From NCBI RefSeq assembly GCF_009914755.1, contig NC_060939.1: a stretch of DNA of 64,000 nucleotides. One strand, 5' to 3'. The notes under the pieces are model-generated. The model did not search any database. It worked only from the letters and a program-made list of their open reading frames with translations, and had not been told where the DNA came from. This stretch comes from the human T2T-CHM13v2.0 reference genome, Homo sapiens. How positions within the stretch are numbered: position 1 is the stretch's first letter; each line of letters opens with the position of its first letter. The position numbers and the translations under genes were made by a program. Shown piece by piece: positions 13,785 through 37,562 of this stretch.

Positions 13785-13913
13785 ATCTGAGACAAAACTT
13801 CCAGAGGAACGATCAGGCAGCAACATTTGCTGTTCACCAATATCCTCTGTTCTGCAGCCTCCGCTGCTGATACCCAGGCAAACAGGGTCTGGAGTGGACC
13901 TCCAGCAAACTCC
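13785..13913 (+). promoter_or_regulatory. L1 5'UTR ~129-bp segment containing the ZNF93 site (lost in younger L1s)
   Basis: Sequence between GGTACTC and AACAGACCTGCAG (..CTGCAGCCTCCGCTGCTGATACCC..) is present; it is absent from the recalled L1HS/L1PA2 consensus. Confidence 0.75.
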
Positions 13914-14038
13914 AACAGACCTGCAGCTGAGCGTCCTGACTTGTAGAAGGAAAACTAACAAACAGAAAGGACATCCACACCAAAACCCCATCTGTACGTC
14001 ACCATCATCAAAGACCAAAGGTAGATAAAACCACAAAG

Positions 14039-15051
14039 ATGGGGAAAAAACAGGAGAAAAACTGGAAACTCTAAAAATCAGAGCACCTCTCCTCCTCCAA
14101 AGGAACACAGCTCCTCACCAGCAACGGAACAAAGCTGGATGGAGAATGACTTTGACGAGTTGAGAGAAGAAGGCTTCAGACAATCAAACTACTCCGAGCT
14201 AAAGGAGGAAGTCCGAACCCATGGCAAAGAAGTTAAAAACCTTGAAAACAAATTAGACGAATGGCTAACTAGAATAACCAATGCAGAGAAGTCCTTAAAG
14301 AACCTGATGGAGCTGAAAACCAAGGCATGAGAACGTGACGAATGCACAAGCCTCAGTAGCCAATTCGATCAACTGGAAGAAAGGGTGTCCGTGATGGAAG
14401 ATCAAATGAATGAAATGAAGCGAAAAGAGAAGTTTAGAGAAAAAAAGAATAAAAAGAAATGGACAAAGCATCCAAGAAATATGGGACTATGTGAAAAGAC
14501 CAAATCTACGTCTGATTGGTGTACCTGAAAGTGACGGGGAGAATGGAACCAAGTTGGAAAACACTCTGCAGGGTATTATCCAGGTGAACTTCCCCAATCT
14601 AGCAAGGCAGGCCAACATTCAAATTCAGGAAATACAGAGAATGCCACAAAGATACTCCTCGAGAAGAGCAACTGCAACACACATAATTGTCAGATTCACC
14701 AAAGTTGAAATGAAGGAAAAATTGTTAAGGGCAGCCAGAGAGAAAGGTCGGGTTACCCACAAAGGGAAGCCCATCAGGCTAACAGCAGATCTCTTGGCAG
14801 AAACTCTACAAGCCAGAAGAGAGTGGGGGCCAATATTCAAAATTCTTAAAGAAAAGAATTTTCAACCTAGAATTTCATATCCAGCCAAACTAAGCTTCAT
14901 AAGTGAAGGAGAAATAAAATCCTTTACAGATAAGCAAATGCTGAGAGATTTTGTCACCACCAGGCCTGCCCTAAAAGAGCTCCTGAAGGAAGAGCTCAAC
15001 ATGCAAAGGAACAACTGGTACCAGCCACTGCAAAAACATGCCAAATTGTAA
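14039..15051 (+). pseudogene. L1 ORF1p, disrupted
   Basis: ATG GGG AAA AAA start; fragments MENDFDELREEG.. and KRPNLRLIGVPE..HAKL; early frameshift, TGA at 14328-14330 and further indels. Confidence 0.93.
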
Positions 15052-15114
15052 ATACCATTGATGCTAGGAAGAAACTGCATCAGCTAATGGGCAAAATAAC
15101 CAGCTAACATCATA

Positions 15115-18927
<3,813 letters not shown>

Positions 18928-21900
18928 ACAATGAGAACACATGGACACAGGAAGGGGAACATCACACACCGGGTCCTGTTGTGGGGTGGGGGGAGTGGGG
19001 AGGGATAGCATTAGGAGATATACCTCATGTTAAATGACGAGTTAATGTGTGCAGCGCACCAACATGGCACATGTATACATATGTAACTAACCTGCACATT
19101 GTGTATGTGTATCCTAAAACTTAAAGTATAATAAAAAAAAAGAATAAGTAAAGGTGAACACTTTGAGGCAAAAATTCATTTATGTGTATATGTTCTGGCA
19201 TATTCAACATAACTTTATATTCAAGACTGGCACTCGTCCAAGAACAGGGCTCAGAAATGTTCCCATTTCTCCAAGAGTGACAAATCTGTTGCTTGGACTA
19301 TTTCCCTTTCTGAACAATCTCACAATTGGCAGTAGAAGTATTTCTGAAAGTTATCCTTCTTTGCTGATGAATAGAACTGGCTTCATTTACTAAGGACTTA
19401 GTTAACATTTCTGAATATCTAAATATAGAAGTGGTTTTATTTTCTGGATTTATGCAACTTTTTTCTTAGTTTTTATTTGTAAAAGAGATATTTCTGAAAT
19501 GAAGCTTATTTTGCAGTAATAAATCATTCTTTTAATATCCACATTAACTATAACTATCCAAAAGACTGCATTACTAAGAACTGAAAATACCCAGCAACAT
19601 CAATGTCAGTCTCTTTGCTGTGAAGTGAATTTTAATTACAGAATATCCATCTTACATACTGCCTAGAGGTGTTTGTTTAGATCCTGAATTTCCAGTCCTG
19701 TCCCAAGCCTGGCCACAGCATTATGGGGAGCACACAGCCCCAAATTTTCCAGGAGTGCATCCCTTCAAAAATGGAAGCAATAAGCAGATCCCTGCAAAAC
19801 AGATTTTATTGTAGCAAAACCTTAGCATTAAATGTGTTTAACTAGCAGTAAACTTAAGAAGCCAAGAGGTCATAAACCAAAAACCTCCAATTCAGTTGGA
19901 AGAATATTTTCCCTTTAAGCCCTATCTGAGGACCATATATAGAGATGTATAAATATAAGCATGGATGCAGTACCTGATGACCAGTCAAAGGAAATTGACA
20001 TGAATGAAATTAGCATATGCTATAGAAATACAGCTCTACTGTACATATAAGTTTGATGTATTTATAACTATGTTAGCCATGCTAAACACTCATTCCACAT
20101 TTACCTGACAGTACTTTCATGGCCTTTAGAATTTAGGGAGACCTCTTGGGGATGGTTACCATGACCCTGCCTTTTTTGAAAGAAGCCTGAACTGATACTT
20201 CTCAGTGCAGATCCTTCAACTAGAAGCAATTAGAAGCATTCATCATTTTCTAGGCATAATTTCTTTTACAAATAACTAGTAGTGGATTAAAATATTTAAA
20301 GGCATCACTAGAGACCTGAGTTGTGAAGATTTTGGGATACAAGAAAGTCTTGATTTCTAATTTTTACTCTTTTTGAGACTACCTATCATATCTTCCTCAA
20401 CACTTCCCTCCCTCCCCTCAATATTAAGTCTGGAGAGGAGAAAGAAGTTGGGCCGTGGGCAGCAGGAAAGAAGGCTCACACTCTCTTCCCTTAATTCTGG
20501 TGGGGATGCTTATAGGCTTCCTGGGGTCGCCTACACACTAACCACCTTGCTGCGGAAACCACAGAGGGTCAGTGAAACCTCTGAGAACCGAAGGGCTTGT
20601 GCATGCAGCTCTCACTAGCTATGAATCACACATTGTGAACAACATGGGGCTACAGTAAATATAGGGAAATGGTGGAAATTAATAAAAACTTAAAGGTATC
20701 CATAAGTCAATACATCATCTGAATTGTTGATTGAAACACCACAAACTCCTTTTTTTGTCATTTATTTTTAAGAGGCACCAGCACAAAGAAGCAAGTTTGC
20801 CACCAATAAAAATGACAACTTTTAAAGAACTGCATCGGCCTCCACCTTGCTGTGGATTGGGCACAGTGGCTTTGTTAATCCAGATTATCAGAATTGTTTG
20901 CATCCATAAACTCCACCTTCACCAAATCACTTCACCAGTCTTTCTTCACCCACCTTTGACTCTGCTTACCCATTTACACAATTGAGGTCAAAACACCTGC
21001 TTTCTGCCTCCTAGATAGGCAACCAGTGTTTGTGCTTTAGAGAACTGGAAGCCTTTTGAAATACTCAAATTAAAAATATTTTACAATAAGCGTACCATTT
21101 AGTGGAGAAGCAGAGTGGTTTGGGTAATTTATGTGAACTTGAAAATTGTTTTTGCTACTTGTGTTTTTATATCCATGTCACTGAGACTCTTAGACACCAT
21201 TAAAATAGTGGCTAGATTCTGTATTAAAAACAAAGTATCAAAACCACGTTAACAAAAATGCTGGCCTATGGTTTAGGGAATGGATATCATAGCAACTGGT
21301 CCTCCCTTCCTCCCAGATCACCTTCCCAGATTTTTACACCCCTTGCCCCAATTCTGCATCCCGATCTGCAACTTGGAACGCTGTGGTCCAGAAGGTTAGC
21401 ACAATGGTAAAGCAATTACTACTCCAACACAGCCGCGGAATCCATTGCACGCTACTTGAATTTAATCAAGTCATTTCAGGCTAAATCAGTGTCTAGAAAC
21501 TTGTATTTTGCATGCCTTCTGTGAGGATGTGTTATGTTCCACTGAACTTTGCATCTTAATATTGCCTTAATGCTCTTATTGCTTATCATTTTTTTTTCTC
21601 ATGGACTTTAGAGACATCCATTGTAGGGCCCATTTACTATCTCTAGTTCCCCATTTCATTTTTACTGACAACTCACTTTATAACACTCAGTTTTATATCT
21701 TCATTGGAACTAGGAAATGAATTTAATCTCACACTTTCCAAAAATCTATTGCGGTCATGGAGATCAGGGCCAAAGTGGTTGGGGTTTTGTATGCCTGCAA
21801 GTAGCCAGCATTATTCTTCGACCACTAATGACTCCTCCAGATCAAGTAGCTCATGTCCAGCCTTTGAATTTTCCCAGAAAAGTTCCCAGCCTGCCTGTCA

Positions 21901-22504
21901 GGGATAATCAGGGATGTCTCCTAAGGCCTGTTATGCAGTCTGTCCAGGGCACTTGAATTCCTGCAGCTGCTCCAGTGACAGAGAAAAATCCAGCAAATGA
22001 AAACAACCAAAGCCCAGCAGGCTATGGATGGAAGCTCCCTAATGCTGGACGATTTTGTTGCATTTTATCAGCTTTCCATTTTTGACACTCAACGGAGTTT
22101 TGGTTCTTCTGTGTTCTTTGTTTGAGATTTTTAAAGACTGGTATGATATCATTGAATCAAGTGTGGGTTTTAGAATAGAGCTGGACCTGAGAGATTGTCT
22201 GCTCTGACTCCTCATTTTAGGTATGAGGCAATGAAAACCCAAGGCAGAAAGTTAGAGAAAAATACGGGGCCAGAAACGCAGGTGCCCCAGAACCTAGCTG
22301 TATATACATTTTTTGTTGCCTCTCTCAACATGAAACCAGATCTACTAAGTGTGGTGACACTTAGAAAATAAAAGAAAGAAAAGAAAGAGGGAGGAAAGAC
22401 AGAAATTTAAATAAAGTACAAATGTTTTTTTGTTTAAACTGTGATAAGCAAACTTTTTTTCTGTAGGAAATCTTAAAAGCACTTTTGTTCATGTGAAAGC
22501 AAAT

Positions 22505-22765
22505 TCACATAAAGGGGTTTCATGCACAAGGGAGGTCTTTGTGGCAATGGAGTGGTTCTGTATTTTGATTGTGGTGGTGGGTGATAAAATGGCATTGAAC
22601 TATATGCACATATTGTACCAGTGTCAATTTCCTGGTTTTGATATTCAACTATACTTTTGTAACATGTAAACATTAGACAAAAGGGAATGAAGGTTACAAA
22701 GGACCTCTCTATACTATTTTTGCAACTTCCTGTTAATCTGAAATTATTTCAAAATCAAAAGTTTT
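22505..22765 (+). mobile_element. Old L1MC-like 3' end fragment
   Basis: gtcaatttcctggttttgatatt..ggacctctctatactatttttgcaacttcctgt..aaattatttcaaaat. Confidence 0.6.
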
Positions 22766-23174
22766 GTTTGATAAAAAGCAAATTTGAAATTTGCTGTGAT
22801 TTTTGTCTAAAAGAGTAGGCATAAGATCTTTTGAACAAGTAATAAAATGAGTGAACATAGCTTTACTTTGAGTATTAGCTAAATCATGAAAACATATAAA
22901 GAAAGAAAAGTTTTCTCTTTCCCCTTATGCTAGAAATGGCTCCAAATATTTGAGTAGAACTATTTGGGCCTGCCACCCTTGTTAGCTCCTTTTGTTACGG
23001 GCAATTAAAAATCTGATATATCTATTCCACCAATATCAATGAATGTTTGTAAACTGAGTGGCTATTTTGACATTGTTTTGATATCATATACTGACACTGT
23101 ATTTGCTAAAATGTCTTTTGTAATAAAATACCTTTAAGATTGTTTCTTATTTGAATCATATATTTTAATTTTAG

Positions 23175-23332
23175 TTATTGAATCAAAAACACTTCAAGGA
23201 AGCAAAGGAGAACACAGCTTTAACAGCCCCGGCGTCTTTGTCGTAGAAAACACAACAGTGGAATTTCAGAGGGGCTCCGAGAGGCAAACTTTTAAGATTC
23301 CAGGACCTCTGATGGCTGATTTCATCTTCAAG
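23175..23332 (+). CDS. ADAMTSL3: ADAMTSL3 exon 9, 158 nt, spacer region
   Basis: ttttag|TT and AAG|gtagga; (F)IESKTLQGSKGEHSFNSPGVFVVENTTVEFQRGSERQTFKIPGPLMADFIFK. Confidence 0.96.
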
Positions 23333-23599
23333 GTAGGATGATCCTCTTCATAAACTTCATGTACCTGAATCCCAGAACATCTTGATTTTTAAAACAATGA
23401 GTTTGTTTAGCAAGAGGTCATCAATCATTGTTTTTTATACAGAGCATGTGTCATCAATATTTCCATCTTGGCAGTCCATTCTTAAAAATTGTTCAGCACT
23501 CTTAAATTTCTGCTCCTAACCCTAACAGTTAAAAAACAAACTTCACTTTTATGGGGGAAGGATTGATTCTGTATTTATAATCTCTGGTTGCTTTGTTCA

Positions 23600-23731
23600 G
23601 TTTGTTTGTTGGTTTAAGAAACAGGGTCTCCCTGTGTTGCTCAGGCTGCTGCAGTGGCTATTCACAGCTGCAGTCATAGCCTTGAATTCCTGGGCCCAAG
23701 TGATCCTTCTGCCTCAACCTCCCAAGTAGCT
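23600..23731 (-). mobile_element. FLAM/Alu monomer fragment
   Basis: acagggtctc..gtgttgctcaggctg..cctcccaagtagctg. Confidence 0.7.
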
Positions 23732-24970
23732 GTGTTCAGTTTTAGATAGAGTTTGGTGAAAACGGCCGATGGTTAAATGCACCATATCCTAAACCAGTAT
23801 TGTGCCGCTGCATGTCTTCTTGCAAAGGAGAGCAGAGACAACAGCGGCTCATTCCTTAGCCTCCTTTAAGATAGTTATCCTTAAGGCGTCTTTACTTCGA
23901 CCTTCAGCCCTTAGAACATGCAGTCTTGCGGTGGGCTGATTCAAGATCAGGATTTGCTTCCCCAGATGTTCTATGACAGATACTTGTCACAAGATACCTT
24001 CAGAAGAACTCTTCTTCTCTGGAACCATGAGCCTGTGTCCCCTCTCTGGATACTGCTGGGGCATCTTCCCTCATTCAGAGGACATGAAGTATAGTGGCCA
24101 ATATATTTCCAAGGTGACACAGTTTGAAACTCTTCTGATAAATTTGAAAATGCCTAAGAAATGAAAAAGATAGTTCAGTGTGTGGTTTTGCCGTATCCTG
24201 TTTCAGAAACCCATTCCAAAATGCAAATGGAAGCTAGGAAATAGCCCCAATTACCAGTTATATTTTTCTGTATGAAAAAAACCCTTTAGCTTTAAAAAGC
24301 TGTCTGTGTTCTACATATTAATTTGTCACGGAATGTTTCACTGAGACATAAGTTGTGTCAGCAGAGGAACATGCACGGAGGTAGATTAGAGTTGCTGACT
24401 CATCCCAATCCCTGAGATACAAATTCAGCCTGCAGTGGGACTGGCCAAGCGTTGGCCTGCACAGTGTATTGTTTTGTTTCTGAAACTTTGGATTTTGAAT
24501 AATCAACTCTTAAAAATCAAGAGATTTTTACATCAAAAGATCAGGGTTTGTTTTTTTTTTCTTTCTGCTTCTCTGTAAAAATGGGAAGAGCTTGCATTTT
24601 ACAATAGCAATAAGTGACTGTAACTGAGGAACAGCTGCCTTCCAGTCTCGGGTCTGCCGTGGTCCACACCACTGTGTATTGTGTCCCTAACACTAAAGGC
24701 GTAAGTGGTTGGTTGCCATTCATCCTGATCTGGGCATTTATAGCATCTGCCTAGCCTCCACAGACATTTATGTTTCTGACTTCTGTGTCATATCCTTAAA
24801 GCATTGATCCAATAGTCTTCTTAGACAGTCATATTATGAAAGGTTTTGGGGAAGCCATAATTACCTTTTTTTTTAAAGTCTCTCTCTGGTCTATTGTTAT
24901 GACATAAATTCTATGCTTTCCTTGCCCTCCTTAGGGCCTTCCTATGTGATTCTCAAGTAGAAAATATACA

Positions 24971-24972
<2 letters not shown>

Positions 24973-25005
<33 letters not shown>
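24973..25005. repeat. (AC)n microsatellite
   Basis: Read directly. Confidence 0.95.
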
Positions 25006-25008
<3 letters not shown>

Positions 25009-25481
25009 AGAGTTTTTGTTCTCTTTTAATTACTACTCAGAGAATCTGTATTCTTCTCAAGTCTTTCTCAGGAAATGCCTGTGAGAAAAAAGAGGGAGAG
25101 AAAGCAGGGTGATGCTGAGAGAGCCGTCAGTTTGCACTGAAAATCTGACCATGAGTGAAGGAGAGAGGGAAGGAAGGAAGGTTGGATACAAGCATATTAA
25201 ATGCAGTAGGTTCTAGGAGAATTCAGCAAAGCTGGAGAGGAAACCCTGAGCCAATGTCATTCATCATAGGACTCCAGTGTCTCCCAAGAATGGCTCTGCC
25301 TTCAGTACCCTTGCTGTGCTTAGTCACTGGCTAGGAGCATCCCATGGGAAGCTTGACCCAGAACTGGGGCTGTTGGCCAGTGACACCCTTTGCAGTTGTG
25401 TATCTGAGCAGAACACTCATGGGTCCTGCCACTAGCAAGGCAAATGTGACCATGGTGATTCACGTAGAACAATCAGGATGT

Positions 25482-25905
<424 letters not shown>

Positions 25906-26574
25906 CTAAGGATTTCTCTTTCTGTAACACATCTGGCTTAATGCCTTTTCTCTCTTTTTTTCTTTTCTTTTCTTATTTTTCTTTTCGGTGGTAATGGAAA
26001 AGACTTAGAAACCATTTATGTTTCTCTTAGGCTTATTATTTTAGCCAATTTTGAAATTTACATTTTTCTACGGAAGTATCCAATTCATCCATTTTTCAAA
26101 CTTAGCTCTTCAAATGTAATCATGGTATTCCCTTATTGTTAAAAACAATCTCCTCTTTACCTATAACAATGTCTCTTTCATTCCTAAACTCGTTTATTGG
26201 TTCCTTGCGTAATTGTTGTTTTGTTCAGACCATCCAAACATTGTCTCTGAGACATCTAACAACTACATTTTTGTTTTGTTCGTTAACTCAGAGTTTTTTT
26301 TACATTTCTATTTATATAAATTTTTATTTACTTCTTTTATCTTTGTATGGGTTTATTTTGGTATTATATTTTCAGCTGCTAGAGCTGAATTCTTAATTCA
26401 TTCTATTTTCATTTTTTTTCTCCATTAAATGTATTTAGGGCTATCAGTTTGCCTATACAGAAGTTCTCAATTTTACTGTAATGTAGTTTATCAGCCTTTA
26501 ACTTTATACTTAGTGCTGTTTGTATCCTGGTTGAGAAATCTGCCTCATCCAGAATCATGAAGAAATTCTTCTTT

Positions 26575-27198
<624 letters not shown>

Positions 27199-27199
27199 T

Positions 27200-30300
<3,101 letters not shown>

Positions 30301-30301
30301 T

Positions 30302-30505
30302 CAGGGATCAGCAGATTACGACCAGCAGGCCATCACTGTTTTTGTAAATAAAGTTTTATCAGAACAGCCACCCCTATCTGTTTACACATTGTCAATGGCT
30401 ACTTTTGCACTATACTAGCAGAATTGAATAGTTGCAACAGAAACCATGTAGCCTGAAAACCTAAAATGTTTACTATCTGGCTCTTTATAAAATACTTGCC
30501 AAAGT
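30302..30505 (-). mobile_element. MER58A-like
   Basis: tttttgtaaataaagttttat..tagttgcaacaga..cctaaaatgtttactatctggc. Confidence 0.75.
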
Positions 30506-31532
30506 CTATTTTAATCCACTTTTAAGTTTGTCCATTGAGATATTGATTTAAATTATTGCATCTTTTATTCCTAGAATTTCCATTTTAGTTATAGCTTGTT
30601 TCCAGTGAAATTCCCCATCTTATAATTTGATTTCTTCAACATTTTAATCTTGTTCCAAGTTCTCTGAAAAACAGAGCCCGAGGCAAAGTGTTCCAATACT
30701 TATGTTATAATCATAGGAATAGCATAAGGTGTTGCTAGGCCCCTCCTGCGGGGAAACAAGACTGAAGCCAAGGCCAGGGTTGCAGGAGGTGGTAATGGTG
30801 TACTTAAGTTTTTATATTTTCATCAGTTAATACCAATATCTGGACTTCCTGTCATTATGTTTATAATATCTATTTTTTTTCACTTTTTTGGGTTGTCATT
30901 AAATTTTGTTTTTTCTATTCTTGGTTATTTTTAAAGTTTGTGCTGTATATTGTGGAAGAAAGGTTGTGGATATAATTTGAGATTGTTGCAGATTTATTGA
31001 TACTCTGTTAAAATCCCCTTTAAAAATTATTATCGGATTATTTTTGCTTCTAGATCTTCAGTCTAACACTCTTCCAACTGGATTATTTTAGCTGTCTTAT
31101 TTTTGCTTCTAGAAGACAGCTAGGTTAGCAACCAGTGATCTTTATCCAACAAAGAATTGAAATAACTTGAACCAGGGCTTTATTCCCTTTGAAGGTTGTC
31201 GTGTTTCCAGTTTACTTTATTCCTATGATAGAACTTTCTAGGGTCCTGGGTTGGGAACCTGGGGTGTTTACCAACACCTGACACCTTGGAAGGCCTTGAG
31301 CTCTAGTGTTCGCTTTCCACTACGTGAGGCTGATGACAGATCTGTCCAGTTTCTCAGCTGCTCAGCCACCACTTGCAGACTGGAAAATGCCTTGAGCAAA
31401 AAGGTAGAGCCAAATGTCATGCCAAATTTGCTCACATTTCTGAGTTTCTTTTGTGTCTTTGGTCTTAGTCCTGCAAATCCTCACTGGCATGGTAGTTTTC
31501 TGATGCACTAAAATACACTAAAAATATTTTAT

Positions 31533-32166
<634 letters not shown>

Positions 32167-33080
32167 TTAGGCAGCATTTTTATTTATTCTCATTGGGGAG
32201 ATTCATCAGAAACAAGCAGTCCTGCCACAGCCAGAAACAAAGCTCCTTAGCAGTGTATCCTATCTCTGTAATACCTGTGCTGTCTCCACTCCGTTACCAT
32301 AACCCTGCCTCTCCTCCCCTACACACACATCTTGTGTCTGGAATTTTTATGTCATTTTGTAATTAAGCACATAAAACCACTATTTTAAAATCAGTCCTTG
32401 TTTAGATTCTCTCATAAGCTTTACTGATTTATTTAATCATTATTGCTTCTTGCATCTCACCACTTCTGTATTTATATTAGTTCTTAGGTACATTCTTTAG
32501 TAGTTTTTTTTCTTTTTTTCCAGTGAATATCTCTAAGTGTTAAAGTTTCACAATCTTTTTGTGTCGGAAAATATATTTATTTCATTGATTAATGATTGGT
32601 CATTTGATTATAGGTGAATAGCTGATAACTGATTACTGATTAATAACTTGGTTATAGAATTCTAGATCCAATATTCTTGTCCCTCACCACTTTGAGGACT
32701 TGACTTTGTTTTCTTGAATCCAATATTGCTTGTGAGAAATGTGATGTTAATCTGATTTTTCACATTTTTCTAGGTAATCATATTTTTGTATGTGATAACT
32801 TTTAGGATTTTTGTTTATGCTTTTTGTTTTATTTTTTAAAATGTCTAGAACTCAATGAGCATTTTGAAACAGAGACTTCTGTCTTTCTTAAAATCTAGGA
32901 AATTCTAAGCAATTATATCATTAAATATTGTCTCTTCATCATTCTATTTGTCTATTATCTCTATTTTTTAAAGAAATATAGCAGATTTATTGATATTCCT
33001 TATTAAAATTCCCTTTAAAAATTAAACTGTATTATTTTGATAAGCTGTTTCTTCCACTAAATATAGCATTTCTCATATGA

Positions 33081-34521
<1,441 letters not shown>

Positions 34522-35047
34522 CCCATTTCCTTTTAATTAGATACTAGACTGTTTAAACACCATATATTTGTACACTTAAGTTGAGTTCTTGCAGTTGTGC
34601 TTCTAGAATAATTTTTCAGAAGGATGTGCTTAAATATATTATTATTAAAAATGTAAGAGTCTCCACTATGTGCTATATTGTGAGCAAACCCAAATCAATT
34701 CTCAATCTGTGTCGTCAAAATTAAAATCCAATGTTTCAGGAAGAAAGACAGTATGAAACGAACAAACAAAAAAGTCTACCTACATTTTTTGTGAATCCAT
34801 TCACAGGCATGGAATTATCTGGAAAAATGACTCCAGGGAGATTTGCAGAAGATCACCTGAGCCCCCATTTATGACAAATCTTAATGAAATGTCATCACAT
34901 CTTAAACTTATTGGACTCTTGCCCCATAGTTTTTCTAATGGATGGGTGGTTGTCTACATACATGAAGAACATTTATCTTATTTTGAAAGGTGTGGAAAGC
35001 ACTAGCTCCTTGTTTGCACGTGTGTTCTCACAGTTCTCTTTGTCCAG

Positions 35048-35159
35048 ACCAGGTACACTGCAGCCAAAGACAGCGTGGTTCAGTTCTTCTTTTACCAGCC
35101 CATCAGTCATCAGTGGAGACAAACTGACTTCTTTCCCTGCACTGTGACGTGTGGAGGAG
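35048..35159 (+). CDS. ADAMTSL3: ADAMTSL3 exon 10, 112 nt, end of spacer and start of a TSR
   Basis: tgtccag|ACC and GAG|gtgagg; TRYTAAKDSVVQFFFYQPISHQWRQTDFFPCTVTCGG(G). Confidence 0.96.
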
Positions 35160-35683
35160 GTGAGGCCCAGGCTTTGTTCATGAATATTTAGAGCTCAGAG
35201 TTAGATAAATTACACATTTACATTTTTGAAGCTGATTTTAAAATTGGTGTGGTGATTAGAGATGTCTCATCACACAGCACCTTACTCAGCAGCCTGAATG
35301 CAATCGTGTTAGTGAAGAAGATGCATTTGCCTTTATTCTTGAAGACAGGTGCAAAACTGGATTTGGAAAATACCTTTTACTTTTAGCCAAAAAAAAAAAA
35401 CAAAACAAAACTGTAAACAAACTTGTTTTCATGTGTTACTGCATTTCTCTTCTTGATTGCCCTTAAAGTATGTATTATTTTTAATTTTCTATGAAAAATC
35501 TGAGAAGCAGAAAGATGGAGTGACTTGCCCAGCCTGGTTGAGTCAATGGGTGTGTTGGTTCTAACGTTAGATTTACAACTTTTCTCTCCTCAGGTGCAAG
35601 AGTATAAGCTTATTAAAAAGAGAAAGGGTCCCTACTAAGTGTTAAGGGGAAAGCCCTGCTTATTGTCTGCTTAGTTCAAGGTC

Positions 35684-35969
35684 TTTTTTTTTTTTGAGTC
35701 TCGCTCTGTCGCCCAGGCTGGAGTGCCGTGGCCAAATCTCGGCTCGCTGCAACCTCCGCCTCCCAGGTTTAAGCGATTCTCATGCCTCAGCCTCCTGAGT
35801 AGCTGGGATTACAGGTGCCCACCACCATGCCTGGCTAATTTTTGTATTTTTAGTAAAGACAGGTTTCACCATGTTGGCCAGGCTGGTCTTGAACTCCCAA
35901 CCTCAGGTGATCTACCTACCTTGGTCTCCCAAAGTGCTGGGATTACAGGCATGAGCCACTGTGCCCAGC
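35684..35969 (-). mobile_element. AluS-like
   Basis: Reverse-complement Alu. Confidence 0.93.
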
Positions 35970-36967
35970 CTTTTTCAAGGTTTTCATAGGCAGTTGAGGA
36001 AGGTTTGGGGACAAGTGTAATCCAGGGCTCCACACACACGCTACAAAAGCAGCATCTTTCATGCTCCGGTGGAAGATAATTGTCCATTTGATATGGAGAA
36101 CTGGCAACTCTCTGGAGCAAATTAGGAGGCAACTAGAGCTACTGTCAAAATAATTCTCTTTTTCTGAACTGACCTTTTAAATCAAAGAATAAATGCATGC
36201 AACCCAGGAACCATGACTTAGTAGAATAGGGATTTATGTTGAAGCTTCCCCTTAGAGTACCAGGCAGTGGTACTATGTGTTTACCATGTGTCAAGCCAAG
36301 GGTTAGATGTTCATAATCACATTTATTCTTGACGAAAACCCTAAGGAAGGTCTCTTTTATTCCTGTCTTATGCATGAACAAACTGACACTTAGAAAGTGT
36401 AAAGAGCATACAGTAGTATCTTGTTCAGCTAGTAAACAGTGCAGCTAGGATCTGGTGCCAGGTCTGCTTGATGTCAGAGTCATGCTCTAAATGACTTTGC
36501 CCTTTGCCTCCCCTAAACCTCCTACTACACCTGGGACCAGATCAGGGTATACAGGCTCAGGTATGGTCTTGTTTGAAGAGCTAGATTAAATCCTTCTCCA
36601 GCCCAGCCTAGCTCCACATCTTTTCAATCCTTGAAGCCTACCGCATATCAATTTACTTAGAGTCAGAAACTGGCCTTTCTCCTTTAAACTACAGGTATAT
36701 GAAGGAGGGCTCTTCAGTCAGTGAATATGCTGTGAATATGCAGGCAGATGTCTCTCTTCTGGAATTTAGGCTCCCCCTAAAACAACAGGGCAGGCACTTT
36801 TTTGGGAAGCACTGGGCAGCCCAGGCCCAAGAAGAAGTTTATGTCCCTGGAAATGGAAGAGAAGACTGAATAGTGCCACAGAAAGAAAGTAAAAGTGAAT
36901 CTCCCCAGTTCGCCAGCTAGTTCTTCCCAGGGCCAGGGTTGAGGCAATGGACCACTTGATTATGATC

Positions 36968-37141
36968 CTGCAGCAGTGATTCTCACAGTGGGCTTCCTGG
37001 ACCTGCAGCATCAGCATCTCCTGGGAACTAACTAGACATGCAGATTCTCAGGCCCCACCACAGACCTACTGAGTCAGAAACCCCAGAGTGTGGCTCATCC
37101 TCCAGGAGATGATGGTACACACTCCACTTTGAGAACCATTG
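36968..37141. mobile_element. MER5A-like
   Basis: TIR-like ends cagtgattctca and tgagaaccattg; cagacctactgagtcagaaac. Confidence 0.8.
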
Positions 37142-37562
37142 CCTCTTTAAGCCAGTGTCTTTGGATAGCAGCTGGAGCCATATTGCCATCACTATTTTTG
37201 CCATATCTGTGTTATTCCTGCACTGTTATTTACTAAAGGATTTTTCTTTAAGGGGGCATTTATTCAACTTAAATAAACATATTAACAAAAAGAATTTAAT
37301 AGTACTACCGTAAGTGGAAATCTATCCCTTGTCACAAATAGAGTACAATCACAAAATTAATACAGTGAAAACAAACCAGTGGAGTAAGTCATCTTCAAGT
37401 TTCTACCAGCTCTGACATTCATTCAGGTTATTTTCAATTCCTCCAGAATTTTCTTGAATGTTACAAGCATTTTTATGAGGCAAAGGTTCCTTTACATCTT
37501 TGAGTCACTTATGACTCTTTGGGTACTCTTACTCTGCAGAAAAACAAACATTTCTCTCTCTC

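Noticed and set aside
13651-14108. Further ORFs in the L1 5'UTR
   Set aside because: Typical open frames of the GC-rich L1PA UTR, with no known product, unlike ORF0.
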